Assembly: GCA_026387235.1 (NCBI GenBank)
Contig: JAPLMD010000054.1
Coordinates: forward strand, 11,437 to 75,436
DNA from: Candidatus Omnitrophota bacterium
Lineage (GTDB): Bacteria; Omnitrophota; Gorgyraeia; Gorgyraeales; Gorgyraeaceae
DNA length: 64,000 nt
Direction: 5' to 3'
Shown: positions 37,741 to 48,719 of the stretch, in pieces
Numbering within the stretch: position 1 is the first letter of the stretch
How the letters are laid out: each line of letters begins with the position of its first letter
Made by a program: the position numbers and the translations under genes
The notes under the pieces: model-generated
The model's database searches: none
Told to the model about the DNA's origin: nothing
The model's input: only the letters and a program-made list of their open reading frames with translations

Positions 37741-39507
37741 ATGATACTAATCGCCAGCATTATATTAAACCTGATATTCTGCCTTTCTTCTTTTGCCGAA
37801 GAAGATCACATGCTGGAGAAAATAGTCGTAACCGGCAATTCGGGCAATGAAAAAACTCAGAATTACCCTGCGGAAACATTTTCTTACAAAGATATCCAGG
37901 GGGAAAAACTCAATTCAGCTTCCGATGTTTTCAAATATGCTTCAGGCGTAGATCTGCGCTATAGAGGCACATCAGGCGTCCAAGGAGATCTTTCCATAAG
38001 AGGCTCTACCTATGAACAGGTAGCTGTTCTCATAGACGGAATCAGGATAAACGATATGCAAACAGGCCACCATAATTTAGACATACCCTTCACTAGCATG
38101 GATATGGAAAAGATAGAGGTAATAAAACAGGGCTCATCCTCTCTCTATGGCGCAGGCGCACTCAGCGGCAGTATTAACATTATAACGAAAAAACCTTTAA
38201 AAAAATCTGTAAGCATAGAAATGTCAGGAGGAGCGCACGCCTTGTACGGCCAGGCCTTTTCCTGCGATATGCCTGGAAAAGACGCTTCCAGCAGTTTTTC
38301 ATTCGAGCACAAGACATCAAACGGCGCCAGGCCGAACACTGACTTTGATTACCAAACCTTTTCTTATATCTTTAACAGAGGCTGGTTGGACAATTCTTTA
38401 AATTTCTTAGCCGGTTACCAGGATAAAGATTTCGGAGCGGACAGCTTCTATTCTAATCTTTATAAAGAAGAGGAGGAGCATACAAAGACGCTGTTCGTAA
38501 AAACAGGCCTTGATTCCGATCTTTGCTCTTATAAATTGAAAAATTCTATTTTTCTGCGCAGACACAATGATAAATTCATATTAAATAGAAACAATCCGTC
38601 TTTCTCTCAAAACACTCATGCCACTTATTCATACGGGGTCAATTCCGGTATAAATTGGCCCGTAAAATACGGCAACATGGAAAGCGGTTTTGAAATATCC
38701 AGGAATACGATAAATTCCACAAAGTTAGGCAAAAATACAAGGATGAACGAGGCGTGTTTTTTGGGATTCAATCCTGAGCCCGGAAATAAATTTGAACCAT
38801 CAGCTAGGTTCAGATATGACCATTTCCAAAACTGGTCATACCAGAACTCTTTTGACGCAGGTCTTGGCTGGTGGCTCATAGATGAAAAATTAAAAATAAA
38901 ATCATCTTTCAGCCGCGCTTTCAGAGGGCCGAGTTTTACGGAACTATATTATTCTGACGCCGCCAATAAAGGAAATTCTGACTTGAAAGTGGAAAAATCA
39001 GATAATTACAGCGCTGGTTTTGAAACAAATTTCAATAATATTAAAATTGAATGCAGCGGATTCCTGCGCAGAGTTAAAAATCTTATAGATTATACAAGGC
39101 CTACGCAGAATGACATATGGCAGGCTGCTAATCTTGGGAAAGTGGATTTTAAAGGCCTGGAACTGAAAACCGGCCCGTTCTCTTATGTCTATATGGAAGC
39201 AGATAAAAATAATTCCGGCTTTCTGTCAAAATATGCCCTAGATATATTAAAACATCAATTGATGTTTAATCTAAACCATGACATTAAAGGCATAAAAATA
39301 GGCTGGCACCTGTCCTACAATGAAAGAAAATTCGGGGAGACATATTTTATAGGGGATTTGCGCATCTCAAAGGTATTTGAAAATAAGCGTAATTCAATAG
39401 AGCCTTTTTTAAAAATAGATAATTTTACAGATACGGAATACAGCGAAATTGCAGGAGTGACGCAGCCTGGAAGATGGATTCAGGGAGGCGTAAAAATAAA
39501 TTGGTAA
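37741..39507 (+). CDS. TonB-dependent outer-membrane receptor (BtuB/CirA-like)
   Basis: Signal peptide and plug-domain motifs (VVTGNSG ... DLRYRGTSG ... VLIDGIRIND); the last residue is aromatic (W). Confidence 0.8.
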   Translation: MILIASIILNLIFCLSSFAEEDHMLEKIVVTGNSGNEKTQNYPAETFSYKDIQGEKLNSASDVFKYASGVDLRYRGTSGVQGDLSIRGSTYEQVAVLIDGIRINDMQTGHHNLDIPFTSMDMEKIEVIKQGSSSLYGAGALSGSINIITKKPLKKSVSIEMSGGAHALYGQAFSCDMPGKDASSSFSFEHKTSNGARPNTDFDYQTFSYIFNRGWLDNSLNFLAGYQDKDFGADSFYSNLYKEEEEHTKTLFVKTGLDSDLCSYKLKNSIFLRRHNDKFILNRNNPSFSQNTHATYSYGVNSGINWPVKYGNMESGFEISRNTINSTKLGKNTRMNEACFLGFNPEPGNKFEPSARFRYDHFQNWSYQNSFDAGLGWWLIDEKLKIKSSFSRAFRGPSFTELYYSDAANKGNSDLKVEKSDNYSAGFETNFNNIKIECSGFLRRVKNLIDYTRPTQNDIWQAANLGKVDFKGLELKTGPFSYVYMEADKNNSGFLSKYALDILKHQLMFNLNHDIKGIKIGWHLSYNERKFGETYFIGDLRISKVFENKRNSIEPFLKIDNFTDTEYSEIAGVTQPGRWIQGGVKINW

Positions 39508-39513
39508 AATGGA

Positions 39514-40872
39514 TCAATTCCTTAGGCTGGTAATAGGGGCTGGGAGCCTGCCGCCTCTTTTCATAAAATTCTTGGCAGAATATCTATTTACGCTCATCAC
39601 AGGGGCAATTCCCAACAGGCCTCCCAGTTTTACAAGGTCTCCTGGTTTTTTGCCGGGTATCGGTAAGATCCTCACAGCTGTGGTCTTATTATTTATAATA
39701 CCTATGCTGAGTTCGTCTGCTATTATCGCGTTTATAGTTTCTTCCGGAGTATTCCCTGGTATCGCTACCATGTCCAGGCCCACAGAGCAGACTGCTGTAA
39801 GGGCCTCTAATTTATCCAGGCTGAGGGATTTTCTTTTCACTGCCTCTACCATGCCCATGTCTTCGCTGACAGGCATGAATGTGCCGCTCAAGCCTCCCAC
39901 GTTTGCGCTAGCCATTGCCCCGCCTTTTTTAACAGCGTCCATTAATAAAGCTATCGCAAGCGTAGATCCGTGAGCGCCTATGCTTTCTATGCCAAATGCC
40001 TTTACTATATCTGCTACAGAATCTCCTTTGTTTGTAGTTGACGCGAGAGAAATATCTACTACGCCGAATGGTATCTTGAGATTCTTGGCAAGTTCCCTCC
40101 CTATCAACTCCCCTGCCCTGGTTATTTTAAAAACAGTCCTCTTTATGACCTCGGATAATTCTGTCAGGTCGCAATCTTTATTTTTTTCCACAACGCTTCT
40201 TACCACTCCCGGCCCGCTTATACCTATATTTAAAGTACTATCTCCTTCTCCTATCCCATGAAAAGCGCCTGCCATAAAAGGATTGTCTTCGGGGGCGTTT
40301 ACAAATACTACAAACCTTGCGCATCCTAAAGCGTTCCTGGTCTTTCCGGCTGTCTTTTTAAGCATTGCTCCCAAAAGATTCACTGCGTCTAAATTCATGC
40401 CGCTTACATTTGAGCCTACGTTCAAAAAAGAGCACACGTGCTTTGTATTTGAAAGAACATCCGGCAGAACTTCTATCAATAAATTATCCGAACGCGTAAG
40501 GCCTTTCTGGCATAGCGTCCCAAACCCTCCTATAAAATCAACACCCGCGTCCTCAGCCGCTTTATCAAGAATCATTGCCATCTCCAAGAATTTCTTCTTA
40601 CTCAGATGGGCTTCCATTATAATGCTTACAGGAGTCACAGACATCCTTTTATTCACTATAGGTATCCCGTATTTAAGCTCTAATTTTCCAGCCTCTTTTA
40701 TCAAAATCGAACCGTTTTTACAAACCTTATCGTATACCTTTTTCTTAAATGCCCTGAAATCTGAATCCACGCAGTCTTTCAAATTAATACCAAGGGTAGT
40801 AGTCCTTATGTCCAGATTCTGGTAAAGAATCATCTTGGCTGTTTCAAAAACTTCATCTACGGTTATGGCCAT
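39514..40872 (-). CDS. UPF0210/DUF711 (PFL-like) family protein
   Basis: ~450 aa, conserved N-terminus MAITVDEVFETAKMI...DIRTTTLGINL. Paired with the ACT gene upstream. Convergent with the TonB receptor, with 6 bp between stops. Confidence 0.6.
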   Translation of the reverse strand: MAITVDEVFETAKMILYQNLDIRTTTLGINLKDCVDSDFRAFKKKVYDKVCKNGSILIKEAGKLELKYGIPIVNKRMSVTPVSIIMEAHLSKKKFLEMAMILDKAAEDAGVDFIGGFGTLCQKGLTRSDNLLIEVLPDVLSNTKHVCSFLNVGSNVSGMNLDAVNLLGAMLKKTAGKTRNALGCARFVVFVNAPEDNPFMAGAFHGIGEGDSTLNIGISGPGVVRSVVEKNKDCDLTELSEVIKRTVFKITRAGELIGRELAKNLKIPFGVVDISLASTTNKGDSVADIVKAFGIESIGAHGSTLAIALLMDAVKKGGAMASANVGGLSGTFMPVSEDMGMVEAVKRKSLSLDKLEALTAVCSVGLDMVAIPGNTPEETINAIIADELSIGIINNKTTAVRILPIPGKKPGDLVKLGGLLGIAPVMSVNRYSAKNFMKRGGRLPAPITSLRN

Positions 40873-40873
40873 T

Positions 40874-41152
40874 TTATACCCTGTGCATCATTTTAAAGAT
40901 GTTCTCGTGCTGCAGCTGGATCCTAAGACCCATCTCTTTTCCTATTCTTTCAAGACTTAAGTTCAATTTATTTATTGGATATTTATATCCGCTTATATCC
41001 ACAAGCATTGTCATGACAAATAATCCTTCCATAATCTTCTGGTTTATATCCTCTATATTTACATTATTTTTGTACAAAAGATTTGATATCTTTGCGACAA
41101 TGCCTTTTTTGTCTTTTCCGATAACAGTTATAAAAGATAATTCTTTTTTCAT
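40874..41152 (-). CDS. ACT-domain protein (UPF0237 family)
   Basis: 92 aa; FITVIGKDKKGIVAKIS ACT beta-alpha-beta pattern; canonical partner of UPF0210. Confidence 0.6.
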   Translation of the reverse strand: MKKELSFITVIGKDKKGIVAKISNLLYKNNVNIEDINQKIMEGLFVMTMLVDISGYKYPINKLNLSLERIGKEMGLRIQLQHENIFKMMHRV

Positions 41153-41187
41153 AATAACCGTCCTTATGTTTTAAATATAATTTGATA

Positions 41188-41595
41188 TCACTGCTCTACC
41201 TTCGCAGCTATATTGAGATTTCTGATACCTATCTCATTAAGGTCATCCAGGATGGAGACAATATTCTTAAACTTGACCATTTTGTCTGAAAAAAGGATAA
41301 CCTCCAGGTTAGGATTATCTCTATGCATCATCCTGATCTGAGCCCTTAATTCTTTCCTCGTTACAAGTTTATTGTCAATATACACGGAATTATCATTACT
41401 AACGGTAATATTTATCTGCCTGGTATTTGTTAAAGGCTTTCCGCTCGCAGCTTCAGGCAGGCTGACTTTGATGTTGGACTGAAGGATCAAGGGCGTGGTT
41501 ATCATGAAGATTATCAATAAGACAAGTATAACGTCCGTAAAAGGCGTTATATTTATCTCTGCCATTACTTTTTGTTTCGCAGACCGTCTATTCAT
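41188..41595 (-). CDS. exbD: ExbD/TolR-family biopolymer transport protein
   Basis: Single N-terminal TM helix (INITPFTDVILVLLIIFMITTP) plus periplasmic domain, 135 aa. Confidence 0.75.
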   Translation of the reverse strand: MNRRSAKQKVMAEINITPFTDVILVLLIIFMITTPLILQSNIKVSLPEAASGKPLTNTRQINITVSNDNSVYIDNKLVTRKELRAQIRMMHRDNPNLEVILFSDKMVKFKNIVSILDDLNEIGIRNLNIAAKVEQ

Positions 41596-42221
41596 TTCTG
41601 TTTACCGGAAATCAGATCCAGCGTTTCAGAAGCGCATAATTCCATGTCTGTCACAAAATTATCTATTCTTTTTATAAAATAATTATACGCGATAACCGCC
41701 GGTACAGCAACGCATAATCCGGCCGCGGTGCATATTAATGCTTCTGATATACCGTTTATAACAACGCTTATGCCGCCTGATCCGGTCTTAGAGATATCGT
41801 GGAATGCCCTTATTATCCCAAGCACCGTGCCGAAAAGCCCTATGTAAACTGCAACGCTCCCTATTGTGCCGACTATGGTTGTAAAACGGCTTAGCATGTT
41901 TGTCTCTATGACAATGCTTCTCTCCATGTTATTGGATATTTCTTTTTCTCCACGGTTATAAGCGTTTAGACCGGAACACACGACATTGGCAAAAGGAGTA
42001 GCCGCATCCTTACACATGCCGATGCACATAGTCATGGCATGCCTCAGATTATCGCGATCCAGCTGATTTTTTATATCCATCATAAAATCTTCTCTCTTAA
42101 CCCTGGCCCGCCTGTGGTAATATAAAATCTTCTCTACTATAATAGCTATGGACAATATAGAGCAAAGGATAAGCACGTACATTGTAATCCCGCCGTTAGA
42201 AATTAATTGAAACATCCCCAT
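41592..42221 (-). CDS. exbB: MotA/TolQ/ExbB proton-channel protein
   Basis: Three TM helices and conserved C-terminal region GTIGSVAVYIGLFGTVLGII. Confidence 0.75.
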   Translation of the reverse strand: MGMFQLISNGGITMYVLILCSILSIAIIVEKILYYHRRARVKREDFMMDIKNQLDRDNLRHAMTMCIGMCKDAATPFANVVCSGLNAYNRGEKEISNNMERSIVIETNMLSRFTTIVGTIGSVAVYIGLFGTVLGIIRAFHDISKTGSGGISVVINGISEALICTAAGLCVAVPAVIAYNYFIKRIDNFVTDMELCASETLDLISGKQK

Positions 42222-42258
42222 CTAAACACCTCCATATTTTCATTTCTCAATAAAACTA

Positions 42259-42747
42259 TTATACCACCTTTTCCTTTAAAGCTGCCAGATATACAATATG
42301 CTGCTTTTCTTCTTCAATAAGTTTTTTTATTACGTCTTTTCTCGCATCAACCGTATAACCCATAATCTCGTTAAAAAATATAATCGCATCTTTTTCAAAT
42401 CCTATTCCGTATGAAATGGCGTCCAGAGGAGTCTTTACGTTAGCGCTGAACTTTGCGGGAGAAACGTCATTATAAAGTTTATCATCCAGAAGCGCTTGCA
42501 TATAATAATTCAACTCACCTTCATAACTCTCTGTTTCCCTGAGTTCCTTTACAGACGCCCTTATCTCTGTAAATTTCTTTATATGCTCCTCTTCCCAGTC
42601 CCTTAGCTTTGTAAAAAGCTCTTTCATGTTTTTGCCGCTGAATTTTTCAGCCACCAGGCCATAAAAATCCCTTCTCTTTTTTTCTTTTTCGATTCCCAGA
42701 TCCACTATTTCAGACATATTGAAAATATTCATGCGAATTCCTTTCAA
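42259..42747 (-). CDS. Ferritin-like/rubrerythrin-like four-helix-bundle protein
   Basis: Paired E...EEH / E...EKQH helix motifs. Confidence 0.45.
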   Translation of the reverse strand: MKGIRMNIFNMSEIVDLGIEKEKKRRDFYGLVAEKFSGKNMKELFTKLRDWEEEHIKKFTEIRASVKELRETESYEGELNYYMQALLDDKLYNDVSPAKFSANVKTPLDAISYGIGFEKDAIIFFNEIMGYTVDARKDVIKKLIEEEKQHIVYLAALKEKVV

Positions 42748-43133
42748 GACAACGCCTGTTTAATTTTTTCAGGGATAGGCTGCGGTTTGAGCGCTTCATT
42801 TACGCAAGCCCATATCGTTTTTGCTTTTACCAGCGTTATATCATCTTTTTTTATTTCCTGTATAAAATAAATTGAGGAAAAGCCGATTTTTTCGATACGG
42901 GTAAAAACTGCAACAACATCTCCGTACATGGCAGGAGATTTGTAGTCTATTTCCAGGCGGACAACCGGGAATATTGCGCCTTCTTTCGCTGATTCCGCCA
43001 TATTAACCCCTCTTGAAAGGCAAAATTCAAATCTCCCCTCTTCAAGGTGTTTGAGATAATTAGCATAATACACTACGCCGCCTGCATCAGTATCATGATA
43101 ATAGATTTTCTTTTTTATGCAATGGTCTTCCAT
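42744..43133 (-). CDS. YbgC/4HBT-family acyl-CoA thioesterase
   Basis: YYHDTDAGGVVYYANYL hot-dog fold catalytic motif. Confidence 0.75.
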   Translation of the reverse strand: MEDHCIKKKIYYHDTDAGGVVYYANYLKHLEEGRFEFCLSRGVNMAESAKEGAIFPVVRLEIDYKSPAMYGDVVAVFTRIEKIGFSSIYFIQEIKKDDITLVKAKTIWACVNEALKPQPIPEKIKQALS

Positions 43134-43141
43134 AATCTGAC

Positions 43142-43483
43142 TTAAGAATTATCTATCAATACAAAATATACTATTACTAATGAAATCAAAATAAGAGAAG
43201 CTACTTTTAATATGAATGGGTCAATACTATATGCCGCGTATCCCTGGATCGTAAACGTTTTTGCAGCTAACTGCGTAGCGCCCAATAAAATAGAGGCTAT
43301 GCTCGCGCAAAAGAAAAATGCCTTGCCAGGGCTCCAGCCCTTTCCTATCTCCAGCAAAAGGTATAAAACCATAAAGAATGCCCACAACAACGGATTATTA
43401 TAATAAAAATGAAAGTCCTGAATATTTTTAATATAAGGCAGAAAAGCTGTTTTTAATGCCTCTGACATTGTGATTATGCTCAT
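43142..43483 (-). CDS. Small integral membrane protein (hypothetical)
   Basis: 113 aa, three predicted TM helices. Confidence 0.35.
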   Translation of the reverse strand: MSIITMSEALKTAFLPYIKNIQDFHFYYNNPLLWAFFMVLYLLLEIGKGWSPGKAFFFCASIASILLGATQLAAKTFTIQGYAAYSIDPFILKVASLILISLVIVYFVLIDNS

Positions 43484-43568
43484 ATAAGCCTCTAATAAAT
43501 TTTACAGCACATGGACTTTTAATGCAATTAGAAAAAGGATCTAAGGAAAAAACTCCCCGAGGGGTCAA

Positions 43569-45137
43569 TTAACTGAGACGCCTGGCCCTTGCCTGTTTTA
43601 ATTTTTCGGGGAATTTATCTCTTTTAAACCTGGATATCCAGTTTCTGAAAATAATCCATCCGCCAAAACGTACCAGGTAGTTACGCCACGGCCTATACCA
43701 GATTCTCCAGCCGGCCTTGATATCGTGCAAAAAGAAAATGAGCGACGGAAAGAAAAATATATTCAGGCCTATCATAAACATGTATTTGAACTGATAAAAC
43801 TTGCCCATGATTTTCCTGATTGAAAGCTGCGCGTCTTCCGCGCTCATTGGTTTGTCAGGCTCAAAAAGCGGGAAATTGCCGTCATAATATTCCCATCCCA
43901 CGTCCTGGAGAGAATAGATTCTATTCTGGGCCTCGAGTCTTTGCCGCAGTTCTGTGCCAGGCAAAGGCACAGGCAAAAGAACCTGTATAGTATCCAATCC
44001 TGCCTTTTTGATAAATTTTTTAAGCCGCTTTACCCGCTCCTCGCTAGACATGCTGAAATTCACGCTCTCTTTTAATGGATAACCAAAAATAAACATGCCG
44101 TGAATCAAAAAACCAAATTTACGGAATACCTTTACAAAGGACAGCATGTCCTCAGGTTTCAGGCGTTTATTCATAGCTTTTAATTCTTCCTCAATAGGCG
44201 ATTCAAACCCTATTGCCACTGTGCTAATACCTGCCTGGCGCATTGCTGATAAAAGTTCAGTATCCCCGGCTTTATCCAGCCGTATCTGGACAGTAAGATC
44301 CAGCCGTCTCTCCGTATCTTTCTGATAATCCCTAAGCATGTTGCAGAACCGTATTGTCTCATCCCTTTCCTGCCCAAAAAGGTCATCCACTATAAAAAAA
44401 TGCCTGGCGTCTTTAGTCTCAAGAAGAAAACTTATCCTTTCCAGAAGGCGTTCAGGAGAAGAACACCTTGGCTTCCCTTTCACTGTGCAGAATTCGCAGT
44501 CCATCCCGCACGAGCGTATCCTTTCAACCGGATAGAGGTTGATTTTCGCGTAACGCACCAGGGAAAAATCCGGCAACGGCAGGTTGTCAAAATCTTTTAA
44601 AGGCTCGCGGCCGGGAGTAAAAACTATTTTATCGCCGCTTAGATAGGCAATGCCTTTCACTTCGCTGATATCCAGTTTTCCTTCAAGCGCCCAGAGAAGT
44701 TCTTTTATGGCATCTTCTCCTTCTCCGATAACCACGTAGTCTATGCCTGAAGACAGGGCTTCTTTAATATTCTCTTTGCAAAAATGCTGCCCGCCGGCTA
44801 CAGTCACAACGCCTTTATCTTTGTAAAAACGCGCTATTTCATAAAGCCGAGGAATCGTACTTGTAAGACCGCCATAAAAACCGGCTATATCGCAAGGCCT
44901 TTGGTTTTGTAAAAATTCGTGATCAGCCCCGCCTGAAATTAAACGAGGGCCATACCTGCGGAGGTTATTCTCGTCTATAACCTCTACGTCCCATTTCTCC
45001 ATTTCGTTTACGCTGGTGGCCACGCACACCGGGCCCAAGGCAGTAGTCTTGGCAGCGACATATGAATATATATTGAACGTCGGGTAGGCAGGCGCTATGA
45101 TTCTAAGTCTATATCGTTTTCTAGAAATATCCAACAC
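43569..45137 (-). CDS. B12-binding-domain radical SAM protein with hydrophobic C-terminal tail
   Basis: N-terminal cobalamin-binding-like Rossmann region, radical-SAM CGMDCEFC, and a C-terminal ~60 aa containing two TM-like segments. Confidence 0.65.
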   Translation of the reverse strand: MLDISRKRYRLRIIAPAYPTFNIYSYVAAKTTALGPVCVATSVNEMEKWDVEVIDENNLRRYGPRLISGGADHEFLQNQRPCDIAGFYGGLTSTIPRLYEIARFYKDKGVVTVAGGQHFCKENIKEALSSGIDYVVIGEGEDAIKELLWALEGKLDISEVKGIAYLSGDKIVFTPGREPLKDFDNLPLPDFSLVRYAKINLYPVERIRSCGMDCEFCTVKGKPRCSSPERLLERISFLLETKDARHFFIVDDLFGQERDETIRFCNMLRDYQKDTERRLDLTVQIRLDKAGDTELLSAMRQAGISTVAIGFESPIEEELKAMNKRLKPEDMLSFVKVFRKFGFLIHGMFIFGYPLKESVNFSMSSEERVKRLKKFIKKAGLDTIQVLLPVPLPGTELRQRLEAQNRIYSLQDVGWEYYDGNFPLFEPDKPMSAEDAQLSIRKIMGKFYQFKYMFMIGLNIFFFPSLIFFLHDIKAGWRIWYRPWRNYLVRFGGWIIFRNWISRFKRDKFPEKLKQARARRLS

Positions 45138-45156
45138 AGGCTATCACCCCTCCTTC

Positions 45157-46395
45157 TTAACGGTAAAATTTAGACCTGTGCTGCATATGACGCTTTTGCT
45201 TGTAGTTATTTTTTGGATGTCTATATGAAGGTTGATACGAAGATTGATGGGAAGATTGAATAAATTGTTCCTGGAAAATATCCGGATTCTTTGAGATAGG
45301 CAGCGGCGCCCTCATGAGTTTTTCTATATCGCGGACATTGCCCTTTTGATCAGGCGTGGCAAAAGAAATCGCATGGCCTTTATGGCCTGCGCGGCCTGTG
45401 CGGCCGATGCGATGCACATAGTTTTCAGTGTCGTCAGGAAGGTCATAATTGAGAACCAACTCGATACCGGTCACGTCAATCCCGCGGGCAGCAATATCAG
45501 TAGCTACAAGTATCTTGTATTTACCGGATTTAAAGCCGCTGAGCGCTTCGCGGCGCTGGCCCAGAGAACGGTCAGAATGTATCTCTGCGGCGTTATGCCC
45601 CATGTCCCTGATCGAGCGCGTGATCTTTCTTGCGTTATGCTTGGTGCGGGAAAATAAAAGAACGGGCCCATGGTACTGCGCAAGGATTTTACCGAGAAGC
45701 TGCAATTTAAAATCTTTCTTAACAACAAATAATTCATGGGTAACTCTCTCAGCAGCAGTGCCGGAAGGCGCAATCTCTACATTGACAGGAAGTTTCATGT
45801 GCTTAGCAGCCATCTGCATGATTTCTTTCGGGATGGTTGCCGAAAAAAGCATGGTCTGTCTTTCTTTAGGCAAAAAACGCAGAATTTTCTCTACCTGCGG
45901 AGTAAACCCCATATCAAGCATGCGATCCGCTTCATCAAGCACCAGCATCACTGCATCATCGAGCAATATATTCCACTGGGTCATATGGTCGATAAGCCTG
46001 CCCGGGGTAGCGATTATCACGCGGGGTTTATTGCGCAGCGCCCGAACCTGGTCCTGCATTGAAGCTCCGCCGATAAGACAGGCTGTTCGTATTCCAAATG
46101 GCCGCGCAATGCCTTGAAAAGCCTCATCAATCTGAATAGCTAATTCGCGGGTAGGCGCAAGAACCAAGCCTATGCCTTTTTTCTGCGCAAGGATTTGCAC
46201 CATAGGGATAGCAAAAGAATGGGTTTTGCCGGTCCCTGTCTGGGCGATGCCGATAATATCTTTGCCTTCAATTGCCAAAGGGATTGCCTTCAGCTGAATA
46301 GGCGTGGGCACCTTAAACTTTATACGCTCAAGTATATCAAGTATCTTCGGCGCTATACCGAGTCCATAAAAACTCTGAGTTGGTTTATCTATCAT
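45157..46395 (-). CDS. DEAD-box ATP-dependent RNA helicase
   Basis: Q-motif, AQTGTGKT, DEAD, SAT, HRIGRTGRAG; basic C-terminal tail. Confidence 0.9.
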   Translation of the reverse strand: MIDKPTQSFYGLGIAPKILDILERIKFKVPTPIQLKAIPLAIEGKDIIGIAQTGTGKTHSFAIPMVQILAQKKGIGLVLAPTRELAIQIDEAFQGIARPFGIRTACLIGGASMQDQVRALRNKPRVIIATPGRLIDHMTQWNILLDDAVMLVLDEADRMLDMGFTPQVEKILRFLPKERQTMLFSATIPKEIMQMAAKHMKLPVNVEIAPSGTAAERVTHELFVVKKDFKLQLLGKILAQYHGPVLLFSRTKHNARKITRSIRDMGHNAAEIHSDRSLGQRREALSGFKSGKYKILVATDIAARGIDVTGIELVLNYDLPDDTENYVHRIGRTGRAGHKGHAISFATPDQKGNVRDIEKLMRAPLPISKNPDIFQEQFIQSSHQSSYQPSYRHPKNNYKQKRHMQHRSKFYR

Positions 46396-46638
46396 GGCTA
46401 TTTAGACCCCTTGAAAGCATGTTCCTGTAACATTTGGCCTCTATGTACATGGCAATGATCTTCATGATTATAGATGCTCAAGACATGCTTACAATGCGGA
46501 TATTTGCATTTTCTGCCTTTACTGGAAGTCTTTACTTTTTTAATAATTCCTCCTCAATAAAAAAACCGCAAAGGCTAGTTGTCTCCCCTTACGGCTCAAG
46601 ATTTTCTAATCTTTTTATGCTATTTGTTTTATACATTC

Positions 46639-46700
46639 GCCCGCCACAGAAACACTAGCGGGCTCAGTATTTCGCTCCAAGAAACTGCGAACTTTAACCC
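46639..46700 (+). repeat. REP-like repeat copy C with flanking hairpin
   Basis: gcccgc-cacagaaacacta-gcgggc hairpin, then CTCAGTATTtCGCtCCAAGAAACtgcgaaCTTtAaCCC, related to copies A and B. Confidence 0.45.
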
Positions 46701-46746
46701 ATGGAACTTTATTTTACCACGTTATTAAGATTTGTCAAACATAATA

Positions 46747-48714
46747 TCATTCATATCGCAATGCTTCGATCGGGTCCAGCCTAGAAGCTTTTTGGGCAGG
46801 CCAAAGTCCAAAAACTACCCCTATGACTAATGAGAATGTTGTAGCAAGAATTATAGAAGATGACGAAACCTTCACAGCCCATCCTGCAAAAAGCGTTATG
46901 AGTACTGCTATCCCAGTCCCCAGCAAGATACCGAACAGCCCTCCCAGAAATGACATCAATATCGCTTCAATAAGAAACTGCACCAGGATATCTTTATTAT
47001 TCGCGCCGATTGCCTTGCGTAAGCCTATTTCGCGGGTGCGCTCAGATACTGATACCAGCATAATATTCATAATACCTATGCCGCCGACTAAAAGCGATAT
47101 CGCGGCAATAGATCCCAGCAGTAACGACATTGTTTTAGTGGTGGCTTCGAGCGTATTTTTAATGTCAGCCATATTCCGGATTTGAAATGAATCTTCTCCG
47201 TCTTTATTAAGGCGATGCTGTTTTATAATCAGCGAGGATACTTCCTTCTGCGCTATGTCAAGCGAATCAGCGCTTTTCGCCTCCACGTAGATAGAATCAA
47301 CATACTCTTTTCCGAACACCCGGAACATCGCTGTCGTAACCGGAATCACAGCCGTGTCATCTTGGTCATGAAACGTGCTCGCTCCTTTTACGGGCAAAAT
47401 TCCGATAACTTTAAAATTAACCAAATTCAGCTTTATGGTTTCACCGATGGGATTGGCGTCCCCGAAAAGTTCCCTTACAACTGTCGCTCCAAGCACAATA
47501 ACCCGCGAGCGCATTTTTACTTCATCCTCAGTAAAAAATCTTCCCACCGCAGGAGATGAAGCTCGCAGTGTTGCATAATCCGCGCCAACGCCTTCCACCC
47601 TGGTATTCCAGTTCTTATTGGCATAGACCATCTGCCCTCTGCCGGTTACCGAGGGGCTCACGCTATTTACCACATCGGATAATTTAGCGATATCCGCGAC
47701 GTCCTGCAGGGTAAAACGCGTCACGGTGCCGGCCTCCATGGCCACTCCGTGGACTCTTGAAGAACCTGGCCTGACTACCAAAAGATTAGAGCCCAAACTC
47801 GCCAGCTGCTGCTCAATCGACTCTTTTGCCCCTGTCCCAATGGCAAGCATGGCTATCACCGCGGCAACGCCGATCAATATACCGAGGATAGATAAAAATG
47901 AGCGCATCTTATGCGTTACCATGGCCACGCCTGCCTGACGCAGATAATCAAAAAATTCTGTTTCTCTGGCCTTTCTTTCTGATTTAGATAACACAACGTC
48001 TATTATCTTATCGGCCTGGTTTTCTCCGGAACTTTTCATAAAAACCCCTGATTTATCATCAGAAATAATCCTGCCATCGCGCATATGAATAACGCGTTTG
48101 GCATGGCTAGCCACTTCTTTTTCATGGGTAATTATGATAATAGTCTTGCCTTTTTGATTTAAATCCTTAAGAATCGCCATTATCTCTTCCTGGCTTTTTG
48201 AATCAAGGTTTCCTGTCGGCTCATCAGCCATGATAATCAACGGATCATTAACTAATGACCTGGCAATAGCGATGCGCTGCTGCTGGCCTCCGGAAAGCTC
48301 GTTCGGCCTATGATTCATTCTATCAGCAAGGCCGACTTCATTGATTTTCTCCTTGGCCTTTTCTTTTAGATGACGTTTTCCCATGTACACTAAAGGAAGA
48401 ATGACATTTTCTAACGCGGTCATCCTGGGTAACAAATGAAATTGCTGGAATACGAAACCAACCAGCCGATTCCGCACTGCGGATAGCTCATCATCAAAAA
48501 GCTCATTGACCATTCTTTTCCCAAGATAATACTCTCCCGTATCAGGCCTGTCCAGTAAACCCAAAATATGCATCAGCGTAGATTTGCCGGAACCCGACGG
48601 CCCCATAATCGCCACAAACTCGCCCGGAGAGATTGCTAAAGAAATCCCCTGCAAGGCCTTGACTTCTACCTTACCCATATGATAAGTCTTGTAAATATTT
48701 TTTAGTTCAATCAT
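46747..48714 (-). CDS. macB: MacB-type ABC transporter (fused ATPase and FtsX-like permease)
   Basis: Walker [10 protein letters not shown], signature [16 protein letters not shown]-terminal four-TM FtsX domain with large periplasmic loop. Confidence 0.85.
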   Translation of the reverse strand: MIELKNIYKTYHMGKVEVKALQGISLAISPGEFVAIMGPSGSGKSTLMHILGLLDRPDTGEYYLGKRMVNELFDDELSAVRNRLVGFVFQQFHLLPRMTALENVILPLVYMGKRHLKEKAKEKINEVGLADRMNHRPNELSGGQQQRIAIARSLVNDPLIIMADEPTGNLDSKSQEEIMAILKDLNQKGKTIIIITHEKEVASHAKRVIHMRDGRIISDDKSGVFMKSSGENQADKIIDVVLSKSERKARETEFFDYLRQAGVAMVTHKMRSFLSILGILIGVAAVIAMLAIGTGAKESIEQQLASLGSNLLVVRPGSSRVHGVAMEAGTVTRFTLQDVADIAKLSDVVNSVSPSVTGRGQMVYANKNWNTRVEGVGADYATLRASSPAVGRFFTEDEVKMRSRVIVLGATVVRELFGDANPIGETIKLNLVNFKVIGILPVKGASTFHDQDDTAVIPVTTAMFRVFGKEYVDSIYVEAKSADSLDIAQKEVSSLIIKQHRLNKDGEDSFQIRNMADIKNTLEATTKTMSLLLGSIAAISLLVGGIGIMNIMLVSVSERTREIGLRKAIGANNKDILVQFLIEAILMSFLGGLFGILLGTGIAVLITLFAGWAVKVSSSSIILATTFSLVIGVVFGLWPAQKASRLDPIEALRYE

Positions 48715-48719
48715 TATCT

